Shown one piece after another: positions 30,481 through 39,940 of a stretch of 64,000 nt of DNA (within the stretch, counting starts at the first letter, position 1; every line of letters starts with the position of its first letter). The notes beneath the pieces were generated by a model. It was not told the DNA's origin and searched no databases. It was given only the letters and a program-made list of their open reading frames with translations. Both the position numbers and the translations under genes were made by a program. This stretch comes from a virus: IMG/VR virus record IMGVR_UViG_3300037502_004185, positions 27,776 through 91,775 of that record, one strand, 5' to 3'.

Positions 30481-30880
30481 ATTCCTCTGAATATGTCGTA
30501 CAGGTAGGGAAGATTTTGTATAGCGGATTGATTAGGGAACAGGAGCGCTCAATCTTCACGTCCAGAATCCACTCGCCGTGTAGCTTTTCCCCTGCTTCAC
30601 GTTCAAGCAATTTGCGGTCGAACGTTAGGTATTCGCTGTTATTTCCGGCGTGTGAAAAGTCGAGTTTACGTGTGCGAGTAATGACGGCTTTTGGTCGTTT
30701 CTTACTTTGCAACGAATAGGTTAATGTCCCATTCGTAATAGCTCGGTTAGATTGATAACCAAGAACGAATCGAATCACTTCGGGATCGTCCATCTGGTTT
30801 GCATGCAGTATTTTTACTGCGTTTCGTTTAAGCAAAAATCGGTCAGCAATGGCTAGGCCAATCACTGCAAATTCCATCAT
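30467..30880 (-). CDS. lydB: LydB-like lysis determinant (antiholin)
   Basis: LAIADRFLLKR and SLINPLYKIFP motifs as in P1 LydB. Confidence 0.8.
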   Translation of the reverse strand: MMEFAVIGLAIADRFLLKRNAVKILHANQMDDPEVIRFVLGYQSNRAITNGTLTYSLQSKKRPKAVITRTRKLDFSHAGNNSEYLTFDRKLLEREAGEKLHGEWILDVKIERSCSLINPLYKIFPTCTTYSEEFEIA

Positions 30881-31200
30881 TTGCTTTGCCCTCCGGTATT
30901 AAAGAATCTCGCTAACGTGTGGCTAGCTAGTTTGCGGATAAAGTTAATTGAGTCTGCTCCGTTGTTTGACGCGATGAGGACAAGCGCGCTGGTGTAACCA
31001 GACTCCACACCCTCACTGTCACACAAGTAAGCGACTATCAAACCGACCACCAACGCCAGCGTTAGCTCGGTTAAAAAGTCAAGGAATCCACCAGCCAAAC
31101 GTTGCTCGCGTATGCCTTGGAGATATGACCCAACACCACTGAGGACGGATAGAGCCAGAACGCTAATAGCAAAGCTCTCACCAACAACTGATACTGGCAT
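30877..31200 (-). CDS. lydA: LydA-like holin
   Basis: Three hydrophobic segments; VLIASNNG motif; upstream of lydB. Confidence 0.8.
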   Translation of the reverse strand: MPVSVVGESFAISVLALSVLSGVGSYLQGIREQRLAGGFLDFLTELTLALVVGLIVAYLCDSEGVESGYTSALVLIASNNGADSINFIRKLASHTLARFFNTGGQSK

Positions 31201-31339
31201 TAAATCCCCCTTTTATATGTGTCTTGCAAAGTGTATTCGGAATGATGTCGATTGCTCAATAGACGGGCGTTACTTACTTTTTAAAGGCTATAAAATAGGG
31301 CTCGTTTAGGGGAAAAAGAGATTTATCAACGGTCTACAT

Positions 31340-31490
31340 AAAGAAAAACCTCTCACCCAACGAGTGAGTGAGAGGCTAATCCAACCGTTTTGTCGCGCGG
31401 CAACGCGAGCAAAACATTCCACGAGGAAGCAATGAGGTGAAATCTATATTTGAGAGATTTGGATTATATCCAATTTCGTTTTCGCATCAA
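31340..31490 (-). ncRNA. Candidate stand-alone sRNA of about 115 nt, with its promoter
   Basis: TTGATG-16-TATAAT at 31490-31463; internal hairpins; terminator CCTCTCAC...GTGAGAGG-TTTTTCTTT. Confidence 0.5.
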
Positions 31491-31564
31491 TATGCGCCAA
31501 TGTTCTCGCATGCGAAAACTTTTGCAAGAAAAAAGGGACAGCATTGTGTCCCTTTGGTTGATGG

Positions 31565-34198
31565 TTATGGCTTGATGTAGCGAATTGTAAAATGGCCACC
31601 TCCTACTGCTACTTTACCACCTACAGAAATGAACCTCACCGTGTCATTTACGTTAAGGTGGCCTACCCATTTAGCGGTTGGAGTTGCCAATGCGTTATCC
31701 CCAACAGTACAACTATTGGTAATTTTCGTCGCATTGTTAACTTGGATTCGAGCCGAAACAGTATCGTCCTGACCTGTAGCGCGCACTCGTCTATAGTCAG
31801 TAAACTCGATGTAATATGTGCCAGCTTTTACAACCTTAAATCCTGTTGTTGGGTTAACCCAAGTCATTAGCGATGCAGACTCCGTTGTGCGTCCAGCCCA
31901 GTTGCGAGCATACCAAGTAACATGACCTTGTAGCACACCAGATGTCGTGTTTGATGGATCGTTGCCCACCATAATATCGCCAACGGGCGCTGTTGGAATA
32001 CTGTTAAACTTAGCGTCTACATAGTCTTTACGTGTTAATGAATGAGCTGCCGAGCTTTGAGGCGAACCCGCATACACATTACCGCCATATACCTCTACGT
32101 AGTTGCTTCTACGGTTAGTGTAGAATCTAATTCGACCATCAGAGTTTGTAAGAATCTGAATACCAGCACGAATGTTAGTTCCATCGTAGTAAGAGGCAAA
32201 AGCCCAATGAGCACCTGTACTGTCTGGTACATTAACACTGTAAGCAGCATAACCGTTACCACCCCAAGTGCCATCATAGAAGTTAGGAGCTACACGAGCT
32301 ACCTTTGCTTTGGCAGACCAAGAACCCGCAGTAAACTGTCCATCAGTACGAACCAATGAGCTACCGAAAAAGACACCAGAAGTAAACTTAGCTAAGTCAT
32401 TGATGCGAAGCCAGTTGCCGTCTGTATTACGAAATGCAGCTCGCCCACCTAATGAAATGCTCTGATTGAGCATTACATCAATCCCTTTAGCAAAGGTAAA
32501 CGTGGAGTAAGAGTAAAAACCGCTTGAGGCTTCAGTCTCCATGTGACAGTAGGATGTGTTGCGTGAGCCAATCCAAGTTTTCTTTGCAGAGTAATTGAGC
32601 TCTAAACCCTTTCCATCAACAGAGTTAATTGCACCTAAGTCTTTATTGTAAGACGTATAGCTAGTGACCATTCGCCCTTTGACAATACCCGCTGGTTGAG
32701 TTGCACCTTTGTTACTAACGTAAGGCGTAATGGTGTGACTACACATGTATCGAATTAGGATGTTCGTACTGTAGGCACTACGTGTTTTTACATAGATAGC
32801 GTAATTATCACCGCTAGTATTCACCCAACCAAACTCACTAAATGGCAAGCCGCTAGGATGGTCTGTAATAACCTGACCATTTAGACCTTTAGGGCTTCCG
32901 TTACTGGCTCGCAGAATCATTTGGTGTCGTGACGACTGATAGTGCAAGTCAGTGTTAAAGCCAGCACCACCAAAGAACTCAATAACCGCAGTAGAGCTTG
33001 ATTGAGGCATCGTTACATTGGCAACCAAGCACCAAGAGTTGTCACTACCTAAAGAGGTGCGCACAACCTCTGTACGGTTGAATGCCTCGGTAACTACCTT
33101 GCTACCTGATACTTCTATAGGCACATTACTGACTACTTTGCTCTTATTTAGGGTTAGGTATGCGGGCGTTGAGTTGTGCGCACCACCTACACCAATTTTT
33201 ACCTCGGCTTTTGCGTCGGTTGAGCCGTTAGTTAGATACATAATTTGGCGATTACCAATCAAACCGTAACCATCCATTTTTACATGGTCGGTTGATGGAA
33301 CCGTATTACCAGCTCTAGTACCTTGCACTTCAACGCTACGGTTGGAAGATACCGACTCTGTTGTGCTTAGTGAGCCGTATAGCGTTGTTTCACCACCTTT
33401 GCGGATCTTCAATCGACTTGAAGCGTCACTCTCCACAACCTCAAAGGTGCCATCGGTTTTCGTTTCTATATGGAATCGCTTACCTGTATGGCCTAAGTGA
33501 AGTTGTGAGACGTTACTTGCGCCCTCATCGATGAGTAGGCCGCCAGTTAATGTACCACCTGCAAGTTTCAGGTAGCGGCCATCGGCTTGCGCTTGAGTCA
33601 TCTTCGACGCTGCAAGGTCATACGCTTTCTTAACTGCACCTGCCGCCGCAAATTTCACGTCACTGGCATCGTTAATCGCCGCCGTGAATGCGTAGTTAGG
33701 TACGTTGGATAAGCCAACTTGAGCTTTTGTTACCTTGTGTGGGTTTGATGTGTCGGATTTGTGTTGAGCGATATTGGTTGTAATGGCCGCTACCGCATCT
33801 TCTTGATCCATTAACGCATCACCTAGCTCTTTGATTGTATCTAGCGCTTCTGCTGGCGCACCACCAATCAAAGTGCTGATACGGTCGTCGGTGTGCTTGT
33901 TCGCGTTTGTCTCTGCTTGCTCCGCTCGGTCATAAGCTGCGTTACCGCGATTTAAACCCTCAACGCCTTTGTCGTATGCCTGTTTAACAGCACCAGCGGT
34001 CGCAAGCTTGCTGTTGGACGTATCCGATACCGAGCTGGTGGCCGGATAGTTCGGTACGTTACCTAAGCCTACTTGTGCCTTTGTGACTCCGTGCGGGTTT
34101 GTTTTCTTGCTAGCATGCTCATCAACTTTCGTAGCGATTTCTTCACGAATTTTGCGAGCCGGACTACCACCAACTTGAGTCAATTTTTTTAATGCCAT
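31565..34198 (-). CDS. Distal tail fibre / receptor-binding protein
   Basis: NPHxVTKAQVGL repeats, AVKxAYD, APAEALDTIKEL and YLKLAGGTLTG fibre motifs. Confidence 0.85.
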   Translation of the reverse strand: MALKKLTQVGGSPARKIREEIATKVDEHASKKTNPHGVTKAQVGLGNVPNYPATSSVSDTSNSKLATAGAVKQAYDKGVEGLNRGNAAYDRAEQAETNANKHTDDRISTLIGGAPAEALDTIKELGDALMDQEDAVAAITTNIAQHKSDTSNPHKVTKAQVGLSNVPNYAFTAAINDASDVKFAAAGAVKKAYDLAASKMTQAQADGRYLKLAGGTLTGGLLIDEGASNVSQLHLGHTGKRFHIETKTDGTFEVVESDASSRLKIRKGGETTLYGSLSTTESVSSNRSVEVQGTRAGNTVPSTDHVKMDGYGLIGNRQIMYLTNGSTDAKAEVKIGVGGAHNSTPAYLTLNKSKVVSNVPIEVSGSKVVTEAFNRTEVVRTSLGSDNSWCLVANVTMPQSSSTAVIEFFGGAGFNTDLHYQSSRHQMILRASNGSPKGLNGQVITDHPSGLPFSEFGWVNTSGDNYAIYVKTRSAYSTNILIRYMCSHTITPYVSNKGATQPAGIVKGRMVTSYTSYNKDLGAINSVDGKGLELNYSAKKTWIGSRNTSYCHMETEASSGFYSYSTFTFAKGIDVMLNQSISLGGRAAFRNTDGNWLRINDLAKFTSGVFFGSSLVRTDGQFTAGSWSAKAKVARVAPNFYDGTWGGNGYAAYSVNVPDSTGAHWAFASYYDGTNIRAGIQILTNSDGRIRFYTNRRSNYVEVYGGNVYAGSPQSSAAHSLTRKDYVDAKFNSIPTAPVGDIMVGNDPSNTTSGVLQGHVTWYARNWAGRTTESASLMTWVNPTTGFKVVKAGTYYIEFTDYRRVRATGQDDTVSARIQVNNATKITNSCTVGDNALATPTAKWVGHLNVNDTVRFISVGGKVAVGGGHFTIRYIKP

Positions 34199-34295
34199 TC
34201 AGAAATATGCCTTTCTCAATTCATTGACTAGCAACTCCGACAAAGCGCCGGAGCCACGTTGTTAGTGGGGAAAGTAGGAAAGGAAAGGGCATGGC

Positions 34296-35414
34296 TTATT
34301 TGAAGCCGATAACAGTCACAATGTCGCCAGCTTGTAGCTGTTCACCGAACGTAATTGTGTTGCCAGATAGACTCCATACACCTGCGTTTTGCATTACACC
34401 GCATACGCTTAGAACAAGAACGGCAGAGATAGTACCTGCGGGTAGAGTGACGGTAGTTGATGCCGCTTCTAGCGTAATATCGACAGTGCGGATCGCGTCT
34501 TTGATTGTTGCGGCTACGCTTGATTTGGTCGCGTATTTACCGTCAGATTCCGCTTTGGTGTATGACGCGCCGCTAGCAGCAAGGCCGCTACGTGCTTCTG
34601 AAATGATTTGCGCTTTTGTTGAGTTCTCAAGTTTCGCAGCGTTAGCGGCAGTTTCGCCAGCGCCTAGCGCGCCCACGTCTTCTGCTGTTAGCTCGATGTT
34701 TTGGCTTAGCGCGTGACCGTTGATAGTGCGAGTCTTTGGTACTGCATTCACAACGCGAGAGTCGTTACCCTCCATTACTGTGCCAGCGGCATTACCAAAG
34801 TTTTTGTTGAACGCTGTGTTTTTGCTAAACGCTGGCTCTGCACCTACGTCTGTAGCTTCAAGCACTACGTTACCGCGCTGGCCGTTAACAGATGAAACCG
34901 CATCTGTTGGCGTTAACAGTTCTTGCCAGTTCGCTAGTGTGCTTGCTGGTTGGCGCATAAGAACGAATGATTTACGCAGATCCGAACGGATTGCCATATC
35001 ACCCTCTTGCGCTGTCAGAGCAAGCATTTCCGCTTCTGATTTAACAGGGAACGTTTCTTTGATAGCGATAGCTGGCAATTGGCCTTGTGGGATCTTACCT
35101 GTGCTATCTAGCGTAGCCACGCCCTCTGCAACGCCTTTCTTGTTGTTAGGGATGTAGTCGTGCGTGTGGCTTGCTGGCGCTGCGCCCACATCTGAGTGAG
35201 TCAGAGTCACATCACCTGTTAGTGGCTTGTTATTGATAGTGCGAGAGGTAGGGACAAGGTTCGCGCGCGCTTCACTAACAACCTGAGCTTTAGTTTTGCC
35301 CTCAAGTTTTGATGCGTCTGCCGCGCGAGCGCCTACTGGCAATGCGCCAACGTCTTGTGCTGTTAAGTCAGAAACTAGACGGTTAATGCGAGTTAATTTG
35401 TTTTGTGTAGCCAT
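34296..35414 (-). CDS. Middle tail fibre protein
   Basis: RTINxxxLxxDVxLTxxDVGA repeats and GVATLDSTGKIP. The + strand ORF 34291-34716 is its shadow. Confidence 0.8.
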   Translation of the reverse strand: MATQNKLTRINRLVSDLTAQDVGALPVGARAADASKLEGKTKAQVVSEARANLVPTSRTINNKPLTGDVTLTHSDVGAAPASHTHDYIPNNKKGVAEGVATLDSTGKIPQGQLPAIAIKETFPVKSEAEMLALTAQEGDMAIRSDLRKSFVLMRQPASTLANWQELLTPTDAVSSVNGQRGNVVLEATDVGAEPAFSKNTAFNKNFGNAAGTVMEGNDSRVVNAVPKTRTINGHALSQNIELTAEDVGALGAGETAANAAKLENSTKAQIISEARSGLAASGASYTKAESDGKYATKSSVAATIKDAIRTVDITLEAASTTVTLPAGTISAVLVLSVCGVMQNAGVWSLSGNTITFGEQLQAGDIVTVIGFK

Positions 35415-35486
35415 AAAAGATCCAATTTATTTGTTAGTTAAAAAGGGCATTTATGGGGAATAGGGTTAGGGGAATTTGAAAACTGA

Positions 35487-36746
35487 TTAGCCGACCAAGG
35501 TGATCTCCGTTCCTGCTGCAATTTCGCCAACAAACTGGATAACACCAGTGTCCGGCACAATGGTGTAAGCAAAGTCTTTCGATTGCTGCACACCTTGTAG
35601 GAACACAAGCTTAATCGCTCGCTCTGTAAATGCTGGCGGGATAGCGAATGTGTTCGAGGTATTAGGGAAGTGGCTATGGAATACTTCCATAGGCGAGCCA
35701 GTAGCGCCACTATTGATGATGGATTCAAGCTTATCGATGTACCCTTGAAGCTCGGCAATGATCGTGCTTGATGTTGCCGATGGCGAACCAAGCGTAATCA
35801 CCACTTCATCACCCGCCTCAAGTGGCTCGGCCACTTGGACTTCGTTCGTGTCTTTGAGGAACTGCCAAGCGCTGCCTTTGGTCTGCACAATGCCTTGAAT
35901 AGACATTGCATCCACTTCTGGCACTTCATAAGGCAATGCGATTCTTGTCTCGCCACCAGCCGCAATATATGGCCAATGCTCAACCGTTTTGTTGTAGGCT
36001 GCGACCGCTTTATCGTGGACTAACTTGATCGCTTTTGCCGTGGCATACAGCTGATCGCTATCTACGTTAATCTCACTGGTTGCCGCCCAGTTGTTTACCA
36101 ATCCAAGGCCAACTTGTTCTTTGGTTACGTGGTGCGGGTTTTCACGGTCTGCGTAGTGCGCTTTAGCCTCGGCGCGCATCGCATATTGATTGTGTGGGTC
36201 TGGATGTGAAATGTGCCCTTCGAGGTCATAGCCGCCTTGCTTGCGGTCATCAAAGTTAAGGTGTTCGCTTTCCAGTTGGCTAGCGGTATCCGGCACGGTG
36301 ACACGGCACAAAATCAAATGATGATCTTCGACCGATTCCAGTGGCAGTACCTTAATTTCTGACGCTTCAATGTCGGACGCTAAATCGACTTGCTTTGTCT
36401 TTACGCCGAACTTATAGAACGCTTCGAGCACCACGTATGACGTAGCACCCGCCGGAATTTCCACATCAATATCGTGTTGCTGGCGAACAGTTAGGATGTA
36501 GTCGTCACGCTCAACCAGCGCCACGCCAAATTCTTCACCACTGCTCACACGCAGTTTCATTCCACCAGCCGGAGCACATTTAAAACCACGGAAAATACCA
36601 GCGCGAACGATGCCGTAAAATTTGCGGTTTAAGCTGTTACTGGCCAGTGGTTCTAGGTACTGCGTATCGGTGATAAGCGGTAGCACTTGCCAGTCCGTTA
36701 GCAGTGGCGGAATGATGATTGTTTCTTCGAAGTTTGGGCGACTCAT
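35487..36746 (-). CDS. Proximal tail fibre (N-terminus homologous to the P1 gpS constant part)
   Basis: DTQYLEPLASNSLNRKFYGIV...GGMKLRV; NPHHVTKEQVGL. Confidence 0.8.
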   Translation of the reverse strand: MSRPNFEETIIIPPLLTDWQVLPLITDTQYLEPLASNSLNRKFYGIVRAGIFRGFKCAPAGGMKLRVSSGEEFGVALVERDDYILTVRQQHDIDVEIPAGATSYVVLEAFYKFGVKTKQVDLASDIEASEIKVLPLESVEDHHLILCRVTVPDTASQLESEHLNFDDRKQGGYDLEGHISHPDPHNQYAMRAEAKAHYADRENPHHVTKEQVGLGLVNNWAATSEINVDSDQLYATAKAIKLVHDKAVAAYNKTVEHWPYIAAGGETRIALPYEVPEVDAMSIQGIVQTKGSAWQFLKDTNEVQVAEPLEAGDEVVITLGSPSATSSTIIAELQGYIDKLESIINSGATGSPMEVFHSHFPNTSNTFAIPPAFTERAIKLVFLQGVQQSKDFAYTIVPDTGVIQFVGEIAAGTEITLVG

Positions 36747-37207
36747 TATGCACCAACCTGCGCCACTCTAGCGCTATCCGTGCGAGCCGTGTTGATCACG
36801 ATTTCAATCGATAGGCCACGGTCTGAGTAAATCCAAACTGGTTGCGTGACAGCCACCAGAATTAGGCCGCCACTTGCATCTTTCACGCCCACGCAAGAGA
36901 ACTGGTGTTGTTCATCTTCTGCTAGCGTACCCGCTGGCAAGTTTGCCGTGATCACGATGTTGCCATTCACATAGGCATAGTTGGCCTTAGAACGGTAAAA
37001 CACGTTTTCAATGGTTTTCTTGTCCAGTGGAATAGGCATGCAGCTAGGCTTGCCCTCAATTTCTTGGATAAGGTCAAAACCCCATTCAAGATCGCCAAAT
37101 TGGAAATAAGGCTCAGTACCATTGGTAGGCAACGACGACAAGGCGCGTTCGTCGTAATAACGGTTAAGCAGTTCACACTGCGATAGGACTACTTTTTGTG
37201 TAAGCAC
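36746..37207 (-). CDS. gpR-like tail fibre attachment/baseplate protein
   Basis: ELLNRYYDERALSS resembles P1 gpR; synteny. Confidence 0.7.
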   Translation of the reverse strand: MLTQKVVLSQCELLNRYYDERALSSLPTNGTEPYFQFGDLEWGFDLIQEIEGKPSCMPIPLDKKTIENVFYRSKANYAYVNGNIVITANLPAGTLAEDEQHQFSCVGVKDASGGLILVAVTQPVWIYSDRGLSIEIVINTARTDSARVAQVGA

Positions 37208-37263
37208 CTTTACGACCTCGTATAAGTCGTGGCGCTTTAATGGGACGGGGAATAGGAATAGGG

Positions 37264-38103
37264 TTAATAGTACCGTCTATCAATGGAGATCGCATCTAAG
37301 GGGATCGCATCCATTCTAGGTGTACCATACATAGGGCTAACAGGGCGTTCTTCCTGTGTCGTCGTTCCATTCTGAACAAAATCCTGTTTATAGCTCGGTG
37401 TTGATTCTATATCGGTCGTGGTCTGTTTTCCAACCGTAACATGGTCAGAATAGTTAGGTATTTCCACCATATCCATGACTTCAAATTCAATAGAATACAA
37501 TTGGCCATCTAAAACAATACGTAATGGGATAAGAGGATGCACCACTCGCTTAATCTTTGCTTCGAATGCTCGAATGGCTTCCTCGGTGATACCATCCTCA
37601 CCTGCAATGTCGTTCAAAGGGATGCGAATAGCGCCGCGACTGGTCAGGAAAAAGTCGCTCGGGTTTAATCCGTTTTGCAGCTCTAACTCTGACTCGGGAA
37701 CTAAGAACGTGCCGTATGGGAATCGGTCTTGATCTACTGGCGCGTAGATTCGTTCCCACTTAACACGTAGCCCTTTAAATTCACGCGCGAGCGTTGAGAT
37801 AAGTGGGTAAATGGTCTTTTTAAAGTGTATTTCGTCCTTACGCTGCATCACAACGTGTGGCAAGTCCTCATCGGCCACTTCGCCTAGTGGGAAGATTTTT
37901 CGCAGCTCTTTAATGTCTTCTAGCAGCGATTCTTTGTCCATTTCGTAAAGTGAAGAACGCGCTTTAAGCTTTTCAATGTATGACTCTACGTGCGCTTCAA
38001 TTGACTCTGCGATCGCGCTTGCTAAATCTACCCAAGCGGTTTCCTTTTGACGCGCCTTGGTTAGCTGGCCAGATAGCCATTTTCTAAAGTCTCCAAATGC
38101 CAT
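37264..38103 (-). CDS. gp16-like baseplate wedge protein
   Basis: WLSGQLTKARQ, QRKDEIHFK, WERIYAPVD..FPYGT; synteny. Confidence 0.75.
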   Translation of the reverse strand: MAFGDFRKWLSGQLTKARQKETAWVDLASAIAESIEAHVESYIEKLKARSSLYEMDKESLLEDIKELRKIFPLGEVADEDLPHVVMQRKDEIHFKKTIYPLISTLAREFKGLRVKWERIYAPVDQDRFPYGTFLVPESELELQNGLNPSDFFLTSRGAIRIPLNDIAGEDGITEEAIRAFEAKIKRVVHPLIPLRIVLDGQLYSIEFEVMDMVEIPNYSDHVTVGKQTTTDIESTPSYKQDFVQNGTTTQEERPVSPMYGTPRMDAIPLDAISIDRRYY

Positions 38104-38194
38104 GTTTTTTCCTTATTGGTGTGAAAGTTTTCGCATGCGAAAACATCCGTGTTTTTCATGCTCCGTGCGAAAAAGTTCTCGCATGCGAAAACTT

Positions 38195-39592
38195 CTATGA
38201 GTAATCGAAGTTAAGTTGAATGGTTGACGCACTCACGTCTAAATAGTGGTAAGTATCAATAGGGATGCGGTCAAGAATCCCAACGACATCAACCTCAAAC
38301 TCTTTAATACCCAAAGTTACGTTGAGCTCTTGGATGGCGTCCCAAATTTGGTTTTTGGTAATGCGGTCATTGCGACTTGTCTGTTTGCCAAATTTCTCAT
38401 TTAACGCATCGGCTAGTACCTTTGTCGCCCATTCTGGATTTGAGCTTGGATAAAGCTTGCCAGTAATCGCTACAGTGAAAGGTTCGTCTTTACGCTCCAC
38501 CATTTCATAGCGTTCGTTGTAGCCCTCACGGCCAGCGAATAGATCTTGTATTTCCTTATACAAAATCTCGTCGGGCTTATCGGCAGAATAAGCGCAAATG
38601 AAAATGGTATTGATGTTACGAACGTCAGGTTTTCCAGTGAGTTTTTCCTGCTCTGCTTCGCCCCAAATGGACAACCAAGTAACACCCGAAACATTACGCT
38701 TAACAAAGGTCATGTAATCCGAGTCCCACGCAATCTGCTCGTCATAGATTGGCGAGTAAAGGGCGTTGTTTCGGATTGATTCAATGTCTTCTGGCTCTGC
38801 ACCGCCGATAATGCTGGTGGACGTTTTGATTGAGAGCTGGTCTTTATAGGCGCTTTGAATACCCATATCGATAAGCTCTAAAGGCTGCGCATCGAGTAGG
38901 GTAGTCACACCATTAGTCAGCCATAGCTCAAACTCAATCACATCGCCCGTAGCTGGCGCGCGACCGTTATTGTTGTTACCAAAACGAACGCCTAGCTGGT
39001 CGGTTGGCTTGTAATATTCCATGTAGGCTTTGGATTTGCCGTCCGTATTACGAAACTTAAAAACGTGCGTCCATTGCTCGCCGTTCACGCGCACGATGAT
39101 GTTATGAATGCGCTTAGTCAGCTCTTGAGGGAACGCCACGGCCAACCAGTTCTGTCCCTCATCGACCGTGTAGGTCATTTTGGACACTTCGAACTGTTGT
39201 ACCTCTACTGCGGCGCTTTCTTGCGGCATCAAATCAATGGCTTCCATTAGCGTATAGCGCAATTGATTGTCAGCAATGCATTGGCTGTATTTCGGCAAGG
39301 TTACGCGCTTTGTTCCGGTATTGGTCACTAGCGCACGGCCTTTCGATGGTGCTGCTTTTCGCCCTACATAGCCCTCAGTTTCAGCACCCGCCAAAATGGA
39401 GGTGCGTTTAGTGGCTAGCGTCAAGTAGGATTCTTGCAATGCACGGCTACTGATTGCTGCCATGCGTTCAACAATCTTGGCCACAAATAAGCAAAGGTAG
39501 TCAACGAATTGCGAACCAATATGACGCGACCACCAGCTTGAACCAGCAATCGCCTCGTTAAAGGTCTTTTTGACTTCTTCTAACTTACTCAA
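38195..39592 (-). CDS. bplA: BplA baseplate wedge protein
   Basis: LATKRTSILA, GVRFG and GGAEPEDIESIR baseplate-J/T4 gp6-like motifs. Confidence 0.85.
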   Translation of the reverse strand: MSKLEEVKKTFNEAIAGSSWWSRHIGSQFVDYLCLFVAKIVERMAAISSRALQESYLTLATKRTSILAGAETEGYVGRKAAPSKGRALVTNTGTKRVTLPKYSQCIADNQLRYTLMEAIDLMPQESAAVEVQQFEVSKMTYTVDEGQNWLAVAFPQELTKRIHNIIVRVNGEQWTHVFKFRNTDGKSKAYMEYYKPTDQLGVRFGNNNNGRAPATGDVIEFELWLTNGVTTLLDAQPLELIDMGIQSAYKDQLSIKTSTSIIGGAEPEDIESIRNNALYSPIYDEQIAWDSDYMTFVKRNVSGVTWLSIWGEAEQEKLTGKPDVRNINTIFICAYSADKPDEILYKEIQDLFAGREGYNERYEMVERKDEPFTVAITGKLYPSSNPEWATKVLADALNEKFGKQTSRNDRITKNQIWDAIQELNVTLGIKEFEVDVVGILDRIPIDTYHYLDVSASTIQLNFDYS

Positions 39593-39936
39593 AACGTAAT
39601 ACCTCTCTCCAACGTTTGACCGTTCACAACGATCGTCAATTTGTAGGCATCGATACCGTTCACGCTTGGCTCTACGGCAATGCCTTGAACCACCGCGTCT
39701 TTCACGTCAATTGGGAGGGTTAATAGGATTGAGTTTTCGATAGCTGCTGCTGTGGTTTCGTTTATTGGTTCATGCTTGTATGCCCCTAATCTGTTGCCCC
39801 ATTTTGGAGCGCCCCAAACTTGGCCTTGAGGTGTATCGAGCCATTCAGAGACGCGCGCAACGATCGCGTGTTTCTCATCGGCTACTTTTACACCGTCAAT
39901 ATCGACCCGTAGTAAGTAATCAATTTCTTGGCTCAT
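39589..39936 (-). CDS. pmgA: PmgA, T4 gp25-like sheath initiator
   Basis: EWLDTPQGQVWGAPKWGN; synteny. Confidence 0.75.
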   Translation of the reverse strand: MSQEIDYLLRVDIDGVKVADEKHAIVARVSEWLDTPQGQVWGAPKWGNRLGAYKHEPINETTAAAIENSILLTLPIDVKDAVVQGIAVEPSVNGIDAYKLTIVVNGQTLERGITF

Positions 39937-39940
39937 TTAT

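Larger units (their letters stand above)
19182..38192. repeat. parS: Fourteen dispersed copies of the 18-bp palindrome GTT(T/C)TCGCATGCGAAAAC (candidate parS)
   Basis: Copies at 19182 (variant), 19198, 19657, 19734, 20020, 20068, 22133, 24018, 24206, 24247, 24288, 31502, 38127 and 38175; they lie between genes and cluster around parAB. Confidence 0.75.

Noticed and set aside
31200-36746. Cin/cix invertible segment or DGR at the tail fibre
   Set aside because: No serine invertase, reverse transcriptase, or template/variable repeat pair seen in the window.
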